NCBI GenBank assembly: GCA_964646295.1
Contig: CAZYED010000001.1
Span: 22,527 to 50,791, forward strand
Direction: 5' to 3'
Length of the DNA stretch: 28,265 bases
Source of the DNA: an uncultured Candidatus Saccharibacteria bacterium
Lineage (GTDB): Bacteria > Patescibacteriota > Minisyncoccia > Sungbacterales > HO2-52-23
The notes beneath the pieces were generated by a model. That model had not been told where the DNA came from. It did not search any database and was given only the letters and a program-made list of their open reading frames with translations. Position numbers and translations under genes: made by a program. This document shows positions 7,952 to 16,370 of this stretch, one piece after another. Positions within the stretch are counted from its first letter, which is position 1, and each line of letters starts with the position of its first letter.

Positions 7952-10513
7952 GGGGTTGGGAGCATCGGTATCCGGCGTGCGCCTGATCAAAGATATGGCG
8001 CGCCACGCCAGATTGATCGCGGCCAGCACGTCGGACTGTCCGTTGAATCCGCATCGGTGGCAAAAAAACTGCCCCCATTGCGGTTGCGGCTCAAGCGCAA
8101 GCCCGAGCAGTTGTCTGCTCTTGTGATCGTCCCCTTGCCGGATCGCTCGCTCAAGGTCTTCCAATGTCCCCCGCACGACGCGATGATAACGCGGAGTCAG
8201 CCGGACCCACTCCCTGCTAAGCGTAAAAAGTTCCCCGAAATCCACAGTGCCTGCATCGCAATCCACGTTGTCAAACCCCGTTGCGGCCGCGTCATCCACG
8301 ATATCGGGAATGACTACCATGGTATCGCGGTGTCCGGGATTTTTCGGTCGTCTCGCAAGCCAGGCGGTTCCGCACTGTGTGCAGGTGCGGGAGATGCCGC
8401 CCGGATAAATTTCCATCAGACCTCCCCATGGGTTGTCTTTTTTGTCAATGCGGACCGCGCCGGCAAAACTCAACGCGTCCACAAAGCCCGTTTTGTTGGC
8501 AAGATAGGTCTTTTTGGAAATAATCTTTTGCTCCCTGCCATGGAACCGGTCATCCAGCCGTTCTATCGCGAGGATACCTTTCCAAAATGCGACCAGTGAA
8601 TGGATCTTTGCCCGGGCGCTTCCCAAAACCGTATCCTGCAGGTGTCGGACCTTTTGGCGTAAATCGCGGGGCGGGGTTTGTTCGCGGGATTGGTACTCGC
8701 TGATCCGGCGTCTGGTCTCTATCAACCGGTCTATGTACTCCTTTTTGCCGAGAATACCCTCCTCAAGCACCCGGCCATCCTCTACAGACACCACGGCATA
8801 GGCAAGCGGATTGACCTCGCCGCGGTTTATCCCGATGACGGTGCGGGCGCGGGAATGCACATCGGAGGAGAAATCCAGATACCCCACCGGCGGAGGTCCG
8901 CTGATGACCATATGGAAGAATAACGTCCACTGGTCTTGGGGATTTCTTTTTTTCCCCACCAGCTTGGCGTTGGAGGCGAATACGCGCGGATTATCCGACA
9001 AGAGGCCCCACGTTTTATTGGTGAGCATCTTGCGCGCCTGCGATCTGCCGAAATAAAGGCGGAGTTTCAGCGCTACACCGGATGCGGGGTACTCGTCAAA
9101 AGATCCGGGTACCCATGTGATCTCTTTGTCCGGATTGTCTTTGCCTCGTCTGCCGCCGGTCGGTCTCATATAGATCAAATCTCCTCCTTTTTCTCTGATA
9201 GAGAATGCGGCGGGTGATGGGGAAAGACAGATATATAACTCCAGGGCATCGGCCGGAGTGTCGGCGTCTTTGGCAAGCGCCATGCCGTATTGAGGCGCGG
9301 GATTGGTCCGGTTGCTCGCCCACGAAAATCCTTCAAACGGGGCCGATATTGTCTCGGCTCGCACTCTTCTGCTTGCCGCATTGCTCCGGAGGAACTGGAT
9401 CTCGGTCCACCGGTCAGGATGCGCAAGCGTCGCGCGAAAGGAAAGGATATCCATGTATCTTGCCCTGATCTGGCTGTCAAAGGGCGCGCGGGCAAATCCT
9501 TGACGGCGCTTTTCGCATACCCGATCAATTTCGCCGAGGAAATGTCCGGCGACCGTTGACGGATCTTCTTCGGGGTTCCTCTCCATACGGATAGCACAGT
9601 ACAGAGCGACTCGTTGGGGCAGTGGCACGGCGCTTCCGAGTTTCCGGCGCACAGCCTTGTGCCTCACGCGATGGATATAGCCGAGGGTTTCGGCGGTGTG
9701 TGGTCTGACCTTTGCCATATCTTCCAGTTGCCGGATGATTACCATGGTATCCGGCGGCGTCCCGCGCTCGGCAATGGGAAATTTCGGAAGGTCGTTGATC
9801 CGCCCATTGAAAAATCGGAGGCGGGGCGACTCCCCGGTTTCTTCCGGCTCGTCCGCTTTCGCAAGGGCTGGAAGCATCTGATTGAGCGCGTAATTGTACG
9901 CGCCTTTCAGCACGTTTGTCTCTGCAATGAGCGCCCGGAATGCGCAAAGCGCGCCAAAATCCGCCGTCACCGCATCATACTCGGGCGCCAGACAGGTGGT
10001 GAGGCGGGTACGCAGGGCGTTGACAATGTCGGCCCAATCCATGTCCGCCGCATCCCGGAGTAACGCCTCATTGGCCTCCAAACACTCGGCGTATTCCCGC
10101 ATTTTCTTCCGGCCTTCCTCAAAAAGCCGTCGGTGGTTGGTGTGGAATGCGGCCATTGCGCCTTCGGCCTCGTGTCGCATTGCCGTAAAAACGGCAGATG
10201 TCATGATCGCGGGGTCAATATCGCGAAGGCCGTCAAGCACGGGCCTGCCTTTAAAAAATGTCTCGTATGAGAATTTTTCTTTCAGGTAGGCAAGGGGATT
10301 TTCTTGGAAATGCGCATAGAGCATTCCATAGAGTCTCTCACGCGCGGCCTCTGTCGCGGCAAACCATCGCTCTATGATGGCGTATTGCCTCTTTGTCGGT
10401 TTTATGCCAAAAGAGAATACGCGCGTGACTTGTCCGGGGATGACCCCGAAGTGATCGCTAATACGAGTCGTGTTGACCAAGGATTTGGTACTGGGCTTAT
10501 GCGCGTCGTCCAC
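7940..10513 (-). CDS. cas12: Type V CRISPR effector, CasX/Cas12e-like (857 aa), with RuvC-I Asp replaced by Asn; predicted nuclease-impaired
   Basis: TnpB-like N-terminus (RVFSFGIKPTKRQ), RuvC-I VIGINRGEVNP, RuvC-II ILAIERL (E651), split Zn ribbon CTQC (711-714) and CHRC (818-821), RuvC-III QSDVLAAINLA (D828). GTG start with SD AAGGAG; adjacent to the array. From memory it closely resembles the Ca. Sungbacteria 'CasX3' sequence in CasX patent filings (not verified). Confidence 0.9.
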   Translation of the reverse strand: MDDAHKPSTKSLVNTTRISDHFGVIPGQVTRVFSFGIKPTKRQYAIIERWFAATEAARERLYGMLYAHFQENPLAYLKEKFSYETFFKGRPVLDGLRDIDPAIMTSAVFTAMRHEAEGAMAAFHTNHRRLFEEGRKKMREYAECLEANEALLRDAADMDWADIVNALRTRLTTCLAPEYDAVTADFGALCAFRALIAETNVLKGAYNYALNQMLPALAKADEPEETGESPRLRFFNGRINDLPKFPIAERGTPPDTMVIIRQLEDMAKVRPHTAETLGYIHRVRHKAVRRKLGSAVPLPQRVALYCAIRMERNPEEDPSTVAGHFLGEIDRVCEKRRQGFARAPFDSQIRARYMDILSFRATLAHPDRWTEIQFLRSNAASRRVRAETISAPFEGFSWASNRTNPAPQYGMALAKDADTPADALELYICLSPSPAAFSIREKGGDLIYMRPTGGRRGKDNPDKEITWVPGSFDEYPASGVALKLRLYFGRSQARKMLTNKTWGLLSDNPRVFASNAKLVGKKRNPQDQWTLFFHMVISGPPPVGYLDFSSDVHSRARTVIGINRGEVNPLAYAVVSVEDGRVLEEGILGKKEYIDRLIETRRRISEYQSREQTPPRDLRQKVRHLQDTVLGSARAKIHSLVAFWKGILAIERLDDRFHGREQKIISKKTYLANKTGFVDALSFAGAVRIDKKDNPWGGLMEIYPGGISRTCTQCGTAWLARRPKNPGHRDTMVVIPDIVDDAAATGFDNVDCDAGTVDFGELFTLSREWVRLTPRYHRVVRGTLEDLERAIRQGDDHKSRQLLGLALEPQPQWGQFFCHRCGFNGQSDVLAAINLAWRAISLIRRTPDTDAPNPLTR

Positions 10514-10716
10514 GATGTGTCTCCTTTCAAGGAGATGATATAAATTGTCAGAGAACAGCTTACTTCGGACGCATGAGATTCAAAACGTCTGATTCAGAGA
10601 TTTGTGCCACAGAAAATGATATTGTGCAAGCCCTTCGCCGCATGCTATTCTTTTAGTGTACGACCTGCGTTTTTTCTGACAGACGCGATTTCTTTCAACT
10701 TATTGCGGTGAGTAAA

Positions 10717-10814
10717 GAGAGAAGTGTGAGCTTGCTTACGCTTCTCTCGAGCGACGACGCATCACCTGCTTATCGGTAGGCAGGAAGAGTCAATACCCCG
10801 CGGCTTGCCGCGGG
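10717..10814. repeat. Cluster of three palindromic hairpins upstream of cas12
   Basis: 10717-10748 (15-bp stem with two G-T pairs, GCTTGC apex), 10765-10784 (CCTGCTT/AGGCAGG), and 10797-10814 (CCCGCGGC-TT-GCCGCGGG, preceded by GTCAATAC). Confidence 0.7.
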
Positions 10815-10841
10815 TCAGTACGCGCGAAATGCGTTCAACCC

Positions 10842-10928
10842 CGCGATCGCGACACGGCAAAACAGGAGCGGATAACGGTGAAAGGGATTAATATGTATAC
10901 ATCGAAAATAAAAACTAAAAGTGATTAA
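10842..10928 (+). pseudogene. Second copy of the glyQS 3' end
   Basis: Reads RDRDTAKQERITVKGINMYTSKIKTKSD*, versus RDRDTAKQERIAVSELARFLAEK in glyQS; no start codon or upstream glyQS sequence. Confidence 0.82.
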
Positions 10929-10940
10929 GAGGAAATAGTT

Positions 10941-11210
10941 ATGACGCCCCTTCTCTATCTCTTGCTTAATATATGCCTAATTCTACTTGCCGTTATACCC
11001 ATAGGTGTGGTCATCCCTGATTATCCTCTTAGTTATTTTGTAACGTATAAAGGCCCATGGTTCTATATACGTATTGGCAATAGACTTGTTGTTGGAAATA
11101 TGAGACGAAGACACGATCTGCCTCCATTTAACTATAAACGTCGTATAATCTATTCTCTTATAACGGCAAATCTAATCTTTCTTATGTTACAATATCTTCC
11201 CTTCTCTTGA
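10941..11210 (+). CDS. Small hypothetical membrane protein (AT-rich)
   Basis: 89-aa ORF with SD GAGG and two hydrophobic segments. Confidence 0.5.
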   Translation: MTPLLYLLLNICLILLAVIPIGVVIPDYPLSYFVTYKGPWFYIRIGNRLVVGNMRRRHDLPPFNYKRRIIYSLITANLIFLMLQYLPFS

Positions 11211-11228
11211 AGAGTAATGTCAATATAA

Positions 11229-11591
11229 ATGAATCAACTTATGAATTTTTTAAAGAATCGAACCTATAGACTCTTAGCCGTAGAGTTGGTTCTTTTGGAT
11301 TTGATCCTATCGGTCTTCGGTTCTTTTTTCGCCCTGGATGGCTCACCGCAATTCATAGTAGATATTATGGGATTTCTCCTTAACATACTTTTCTGGTTCG
11401 GTATACCGGTATTTATCGTGTATCCCCCCATTTACTTAATAAAAAGAATGAGGGCAAAAAAGAATCTTGACAGGGAGGCATTTTATGCGTTGTATGGAGT
11501 ATCAATGCATCAGATATTGACGATCATATTTCTCCTCTTTTTATTGCCAATGTTCATACTGCCAACCCTGAACGTAATCTTATTTTGGTAA
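11229..11591 (+). CDS. Hypothetical membrane protein (AT-rich, about 3 TM)
   Basis: 120-aa hydrophobic ORF whose stop abuts the M16 start. Confidence 0.6.
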   Translation: MNQLMNFLKNRTYRLLAVELVLLDLILSVFGSFFALDGSPQFIVDIMGFLLNILFWFGIPVFIVYPPIYLIKRMRAKKNLDREAFYALYGVSMHQILTIIFLLFLLPMFILPTLNVILFW

Positions 11592-12869
11592 ATGTTTATG
11601 TTTAAAAAAACCACATTAGAAAACGGATTGCGCATTATTACCGCTCCTATGGTCGGGACCAATACCGTGACGGTACTGGTGCTGTGCGGTACGGGATCGG
11701 ATTATGAGGCGCGGGAGATCGGAGGCATCTCGCATTTTTTGGAGCACATGTTTTTCAAGGGCACGAAGAATCGCCCGACGCCGGATCATATCAAGCATGA
11801 GCTTGACGGCATGGGGTCCATCTCCAATGCGTTTACGAGCCATGAAATCACGGGCTATCACATCAAAGCCGCCAAGACCTATCTTGATCAGTCGCTTGAC
11901 CTGCTCGCCGATATCTACAAAAACTCTCTTTTGGCGGAGGAAGAAATCAATCGCGAGCGGCAGGTGATCATAGAGGAGATGCACAAAGACCGCGACACGC
12001 CGACGCTATTTGTCTGGTGGGTGTGGGAGCGGCTCCTGTACGGAGACCAGCCGGCCGGATGGGACGTCATCGGAGAGGAAAAAGTGATCCGCGCGCTCTC
12101 GCGCGATGATTTTGCCAATTACTTCACGCACCAGTATGTCGCGTCCAACACCGCGATCGTGATCGCGGGCAATTTTGACCAGGACGCTACGGTTGCCCGC
12201 GCGCGAGAGCTTTTTGGCGATCTGCGATCGGCTCCGCCCATGCGGACGAAGCCCGCGGTACGCGATATACAAAACGGCATCGGGCTTGACCTTGAGTATA
12301 AGGAGACGGATCAGACGCATATCACGCTCGGATTTCGCGGATATGACGCAAATCACCCCAAGCGCTATATCGCGGAAGTGCTTGCGGCCCTGCTCGGAGG
12401 ATCGTGGAGTGCCCGTATGTGGGATCGCATACGCGACAAGCTTGGCCTGGCATACACCGTGATGACGGCGCATGAATCGTATTCAAACCGCGGATATCTT
12501 GTGACGTATGCGGGCGTGGATCACGCCAATGTGGAGAAGACGATCCGCGCGGCTCTGGAGGAATATAAACGCATGACCGTGGAGCCGGTTTCGGCGGCCG
12601 AGCTCAAGCGCGTCAAAGACTATATGCGCGGCACGACCCTGATCGGCCTTGAGCAATCCAATGCGGTGGCAAATTTCATCGGGGGAGAGGAGATGCTGAC
12701 GGGCAAGCCCCAGACGATTGATGAGGTGTTTGCGAAGATTGACGCGGTAACGCCAGAAGATATCCTGATGGTATCGCGCGAGCTGATCCGCCCCGAGGCT
12801 CTCAATCTTGCCATGATAGGGCCCGCCCGCGATCGTGCGCCTTTTGAACGCATCTTGAAAGAACTATGA
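11592..12869 (+). CDS. M16 family zinc peptidase (pitrilysin-like)
   Basis: Inverted zinc motif HFLEH in GISHFLEHMFFKGT; NAFTS; IRDKLGLAY. Confidence 0.93.
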   Translation: MFMFKKTTLENGLRIITAPMVGTNTVTVLVLCGTGSDYEAREIGGISHFLEHMFFKGTKNRPTPDHIKHELDGMGSISNAFTSHEITGYHIKAAKTYLDQSLDLLADIYKNSLLAEEEINRERQVIIEEMHKDRDTPTLFVWWVWERLLYGDQPAGWDVIGEEKVIRALSRDDFANYFTHQYVASNTAIVIAGNFDQDATVARARELFGDLRSAPPMRTKPAVRDIQNGIGLDLEYKETDQTHITLGFRGYDANHPKRYIAEVLAALLGGSWSARMWDRIRDKLGLAYTVMTAHESYSNRGYLVTYAGVDHANVEKTIRAALEEYKRMTVEPVSAAELKRVKDYMRGTTLIGLEQSNAVANFIGGEEMLTGKPQTIDEVFAKIDAVTPEDILMVSRELIRPEALNLAMIGPARDRAPFERILKEL

Positions 12870-12962
12870 ATAATGAATTATGAATTGTGAGTAAGGAATT
12901 AGGACTCGCGAATGAGAAGCGGTATAATTGCCATACTTCCTCATTCATACATCCTACTTCCT
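12865..12962. repeat. Intergenic heptamer tandem repeats in inverted arrangement around a TATAAT
   Basis: Seven units such as TATGAAT/AAGGAAT (12865-12913), TATAAT at 12923-12928, then four complementary-type units ACTTCCT/CATTCAT (12935-12962). Confidence 0.65.
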
Positions 12963-12971
12963 GACCCATAT

Positions 12972-14015
12972 ATGCCTGCACGAGATCTCCAGCATATTTC
13001 TATCCCGGCGCTTACGATCCTGCGGTTTTTTGCCGTAGTGCTTTTGCTCGTCGGGCTTTATCTCGTCCTTGATATCATCGCCGCGTTGTTTTTTGCGGTG
13101 ATCATCGCGTCCGCTCTCCAGCCCGCGATTTCATGGATGACGGACCGGAGTCTGCCGCGGATTCTTGCCGTCGTGCTGATTTACCTTATGATTGCGATGG
13201 GCGTTGCGGGACTGGCTTACTTTATCGTGCCCCTGCTTATGGAAGAACTGCGCGGGTTTGCGGCGGTATATCCGTCCCTCGTGGCGCAGGCGCATCTCGG
13301 GCTCAATCAGGTGGGACAGCTACCGTTTTTCTCCCTCTTTGCGCCGGATATCGGCGGAGGATTTGATTTTGCGTTTGAGCGCTTCGGCGGGCTTGCGGAC
13401 GGATTTTTGAGCGCGGCTTCCGCCGCGTTCGGAGGCGTGTTCTCTTTTGTCCTCGTCCTGGTGTTTTCTTTTTATCTGGCGGCGCAGGAAAAGGGAATTG
13501 AGAATTTTCTGCGGCTCATGATGCCGCTTGCCTATGAGCCGTACATGCTTGATCTCTGGGAGCGGTCGCAGAAGAAACTTGGCAAATGGTTGCGTACGCA
13601 GATGCTTCTGGGTACGCTCGTCGGCGTGCTGATCTTTTTCGGCCTGACGCTCCTTGGCGTACGGCATGCGTTTTTCTTCGCGCTGATCGCGGGCGTCTTT
13701 GAGATCATTCCGATCGTGGGGCCGATCCTTGCGGCAGTGCCTGTCGTCGCGACGGCACTGCTGACGTCTCCGTTTCTCGGAGTGCTGACGATAGCGCTCT
13801 ATGTCGCGATCCAGCAGATTGAATCGCATGTCATCGTGCCTGTCGTCATGCGCCGCACCGTCGGCTTGAGTCCTTTGGTCGTCGTGCACGCACTTCTCAT
13901 CGGCGGCAGGCTCGGAGGCATCTTCGGCATCTTGCTTGCAGTACCTCTGACGGCGATCGCGGCGGAGCTTCTCAATGACTGGGACAAGAAAAAACGCGCG
14001 CTGATCCCCGAATAG
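12972..14015 (+). CDS. AI-2E family (PerM/UPF0118) permease
   Basis: Multi-TM protein with the family pattern IP.VGPILAAVP and QQIESHVIVP.VM...VGLSP. ATG 12972 is preferred because the longer ORF start runs through repeats. Confidence 0.9.
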   Translation: MPARDLQHISIPALTILRFFAVVLLLVGLYLVLDIIAALFFAVIIASALQPAISWMTDRSLPRILAVVLIYLMIAMGVAGLAYFIVPLLMEELRGFAAVYPSLVAQAHLGLNQVGQLPFFSLFAPDIGGGFDFAFERFGGLADGFLSAASAAFGGVFSFVLVLVFSFYLAAQEKGIENFLRLMMPLAYEPYMLDLWERSQKKLGKWLRTQMLLGTLVGVLIFFGLTLLGVRHAFFFALIAGVFEIIPIVGPILAAVPVVATALLTSPFLGVLTIALYVAIQQIESHVIVPVVMRRTVGLSPLVVVHALLIGGRLGGIFGILLAVPLTAIAAELLNDWDKKKRALIPE

Positions 14016-14107
14016 CGTTTAGGCTTCGTGTCGCATATCAAAACGGGGTAATGTCTGTGGAGCTGATGAGCTCATGCGTGAGGCGCGGCATTGACTGTCA
14101 GTAATTC

Positions 14108-15601
14108 ATGAATGAAACAACGGATAAAAAATCGGGGGCGTTTTACATCACGACGACACTGCCGTATGTAAACGCCGATCCGCATATCGGATTCGCTTTA
14201 GAGATCGTCAAAGCGGACGTGATCGCGCGTCTGCATCGCGCGCGCGGAGAAGAAGTGGTTTTTAATACCGGCACGGACGAGCACGGCGTGAAAATCTGGC
14301 GCAAATCTTTGGACGAGAAAAAAGACACGCAGGCGTACGTGGACGAATACGCGGCGAAGTTTGACCGCCTGAAGTCGGCGCTCAATCTAAGCTACACGCA
14401 TTTTATCCGCACGACCGATGCGCATCACAAAGCCGCGGCGCAGGAATTTTGGCGGCGGTGCGACAAGGCGGGCGATATTTACAAAAAAAACTATCGCGTG
14501 AAATACTGCGTCGGATGCGAGCTTGAGAAGACCGAGTCGGAGCTTGTGGACGGCGCGTGTCCGATCCACTCGAACCTTACGCTTGAGATCATTGAGGAGG
14601 AAAATTATTTTTTCCGCTTTTCCCGCTATCAGGAGCCTTTGCTTGAGCTCTACGCCGCAGATGCCGCTCTGGTCGTACCCGAGCATCGGCTCAATGAAAT
14701 CAGGAGATTTGTCTCGGACGGCCTGCAGGATTTCAGTATCTCGCGCCTGAAAGCCAAGATGCCGTGGGGAGTGGACGTGCCGGGCGATCCGGATCACGTC
14801 ATGTACGTCTGGTTTGACGCGCTGGTGAATTATATTTCCACGCTCGGCTGGCCGGAAGACGAAGAAAATTTCAGCAGATTTTGGCCCGGCATACAGATTG
14901 CGGGCAAGGACAATCTCCGCCAGCAGAGCGCCATGTGGCAGGCGATGCTGATGTCTGCCGATCTGCCCAACTCGCGGCAGATACTGATCCAGGGCTTTAT
15001 CACCGTGGAGGGCGCCAAGATGTCAAAGAGCGTCGGGAATGTCATAGACCCTTTTGCGCTGGTGGATACATACGGTACGGACGCCGTGCGGTATTATCTT
15101 CTGCGCGAGATACCCGCGTATGAGGACGGAGACTTCAGTTATGAGAAGTTTGAGGCGCGCTACAACGGCGATCTGGCAAACGGTCTCGGTAATCTCATAG
15201 CGCGCGTGGCAACACTCGGAGAAAAAGTGAGCCCCCTGCCGCAGATCGCGCCCGATGATGCGATTGCGCGGGAGATCGCGCGCGTGCGCGAAGTATATGA
15301 GAAAACATGCGCGGAGTTTCGTTTCAATGAAGCACTGGGGGCCGTGTGGGAACTGATCGCGGTAGCAGACAGGTATATCAACGACACCAAGCCATGGACG
15401 CTGAAAGACGATCATGCGGCACTGCAGAAAGTCATCGCGCACGCATGCGGACTGATAGATGCGGTATGCGAGTTTGTAGCGCCTTTCATCCCCGAGACCG
15501 TGGAAAAGATTCGCGAGCAGATCTCAGTACAAAACGGCATGATCACAATACAAAAGCGCGGGAATCTCTTCCCACGCTTGGATACGTCTCCATCGGATTA
15601 G
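14108..15601 (+). CDS. metG: Methionyl-tRNA synthetase (short form)
   Basis: FYITTTLPYVNADPHIG, TGTDEHG, YVWFDAL, KMSKS and DLANGLGNL; no C-terminal OB domain. Confidence 0.96.
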   Translation: MNETTDKKSGAFYITTTLPYVNADPHIGFALEIVKADVIARLHRARGEEVVFNTGTDEHGVKIWRKSLDEKKDTQAYVDEYAAKFDRLKSALNLSYTHFIRTTDAHHKAAAQEFWRRCDKAGDIYKKNYRVKYCVGCELEKTESELVDGACPIHSNLTLEIIEEENYFFRFSRYQEPLLELYAADAALVVPEHRLNEIRRFVSDGLQDFSISRLKAKMPWGVDVPGDPDHVMYVWFDALVNYISTLGWPEDEENFSRFWPGIQIAGKDNLRQQSAMWQAMLMSADLPNSRQILIQGFITVEGAKMSKSVGNVIDPFALVDTYGTDAVRYYLLREIPAYEDGDFSYEKFEARYNGDLANGLGNLIARVATLGEKVSPLPQIAPDDAIAREIARVREVYEKTCAEFRFNEALGAVWELIAVADRYINDTKPWTLKDDHAALQKVIAHACGLIDAVCEFVAPFIPETVEKIREQISVQNGMITIQKRGNLFPRLDTSPSD

Positions 15602-15619
15602 CATTTGCGATGCAGTATT

Positions 15620-15901
15620 TCAACGCATAGACTTCCTTTCGGCGTGATACAGACGGGTAAGGTGTTTCGCAACGAAGTCGCTCTGGGGCATTTTCGGATC
15701 AAAGACAGTCGGATCAAAGTCAGGATGAGTCTCAAGGTACTCCTGAAGGATCGGAAGTGCGATCATGATGAGGTTGCTGAAGTCAGTAGTACCGAGGGCC
15801 GCCATTACACCGCTAAGCTCACGCGCTTCTTTTTCGGTGAGATGGAAGTTCACGGCGCCCTGAAGATGAAGGATCGTGTTTTGTGGAATGAGCAGACCCA
15901 T
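15620..15901 (-). CDS. Small hypothetical protein, possibly ribbon-helix-helix-like
   Basis: ATG with SD-like AAGGGG; VNFHLTEKEARELSG...FSNLIMIAL pattern. The 3' end overlaps the GlyRS fragment on the other strand. Confidence 0.45.
   Translation of the reverse strand: MGLLIPQNTILHLQGAVNFHLTEKEARELSGVMAALGTTDFSNLIMIALPILQEYLETHPDFDPTVFDPKMPQSDFVAKHLTRLYHAERKSMR
15626..15697 (+). pseudogene. Fragment resembling GlyRS motif 2
   Basis: HRLPFGVIQTGKVFRNEV aligns with HTLPFGIAQIGKAFRNEI of this window's glyQS (from 5188); 12 of 18 residues identical. Confidence 0.7.
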
Positions 15902-16105
15902 GATTTTCCCCTTGGAGATGTGTTGAACTCTGAAACGTCACGTTAGGGTACCACTCTTTTGGTTTGGCGTCCACACAAGATGCGGTAATCAGGCGCGTGT
16001 AATGCTCGGAGGCCGCTGGCGCCTCGCTTTTTGGCCTACGCCAAAACACCGATAAGTATTGTTCCAAAGATAGGCGTACGCACATCTTTGGAACATATCC
16101 TGCGC

Positions 16106-16134
16106 TTGACATGCGGGATACGCGGTGATACACT
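16106..16134 (+). promoter_or_regulatory. Predicted sigma70 promoter of the toxin-antitoxin operon
   Basis: TTGACA-17 bp-TACACT with an extended -10 TG. Confidence 0.65.
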
Positions 16135-16148
16135 TTTGATACACCTCT

Positions 16149-16370
16149 ATGCTGGCAACAAAAACCCGTATCAATATCAGCGTATCCCACGACGTAAAAC
16201 GCGCATTGGCGCGGCTTGCGAAGCGTGATGAAGTGCCTGAAGCGACCAAGGCGGCCGAGTTGCTTTTGCGCGCATTAGAACTTGACGAAGATGATGTATG
16301 GGATGCGGTCGCGCGTACGCGCGACCGAAAGGGCGCGCGCTTTGTATCTCATGATCGCGCGTGGGCATGA
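16149..16370 (+). CDS. Antitoxin, RHH/CopG-like
   Basis: KTRINISVSHDVKRALARLAK N-terminus and SHDRAW C-terminus; ATGA overlap with the toxin. Confidence 0.75.
   Translation: MLATKTRINISVSHDVKRALARLAKRDEVPEATKAAELLLRALELDEDDVWDAVARTRDRKGARFVSHDRAWA

Larger units (their letters stand above)
5943..10867. mobile_element. Putative integrated CRISPR-Cas12 island bounded by duplicated glyQS 3' ends
   Basis: The flanking direct repeat encloses only the array, tracrRNA and effector. No integrase or transposase lies inside, so mobility is inferred. Confidence 0.6.

Noticed and set aside
7847-8599. 250-aa + strand ORF next to the array as a possible accessory cas gene
   Set aside because: It is antisense to the cas12 RuvC region, has no recognisable motif and starts inside the tracrRNA hairpins; a shadow ORF.
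5943-10867. CRISPR-associated transposon (Cas12k/CAST) interpretation
   Set aside because: No tnsB/tnsC/tniQ, no TG..CA ends with repeated TnsB sites, and no spacer visibly matching the glyQS junction in this window.
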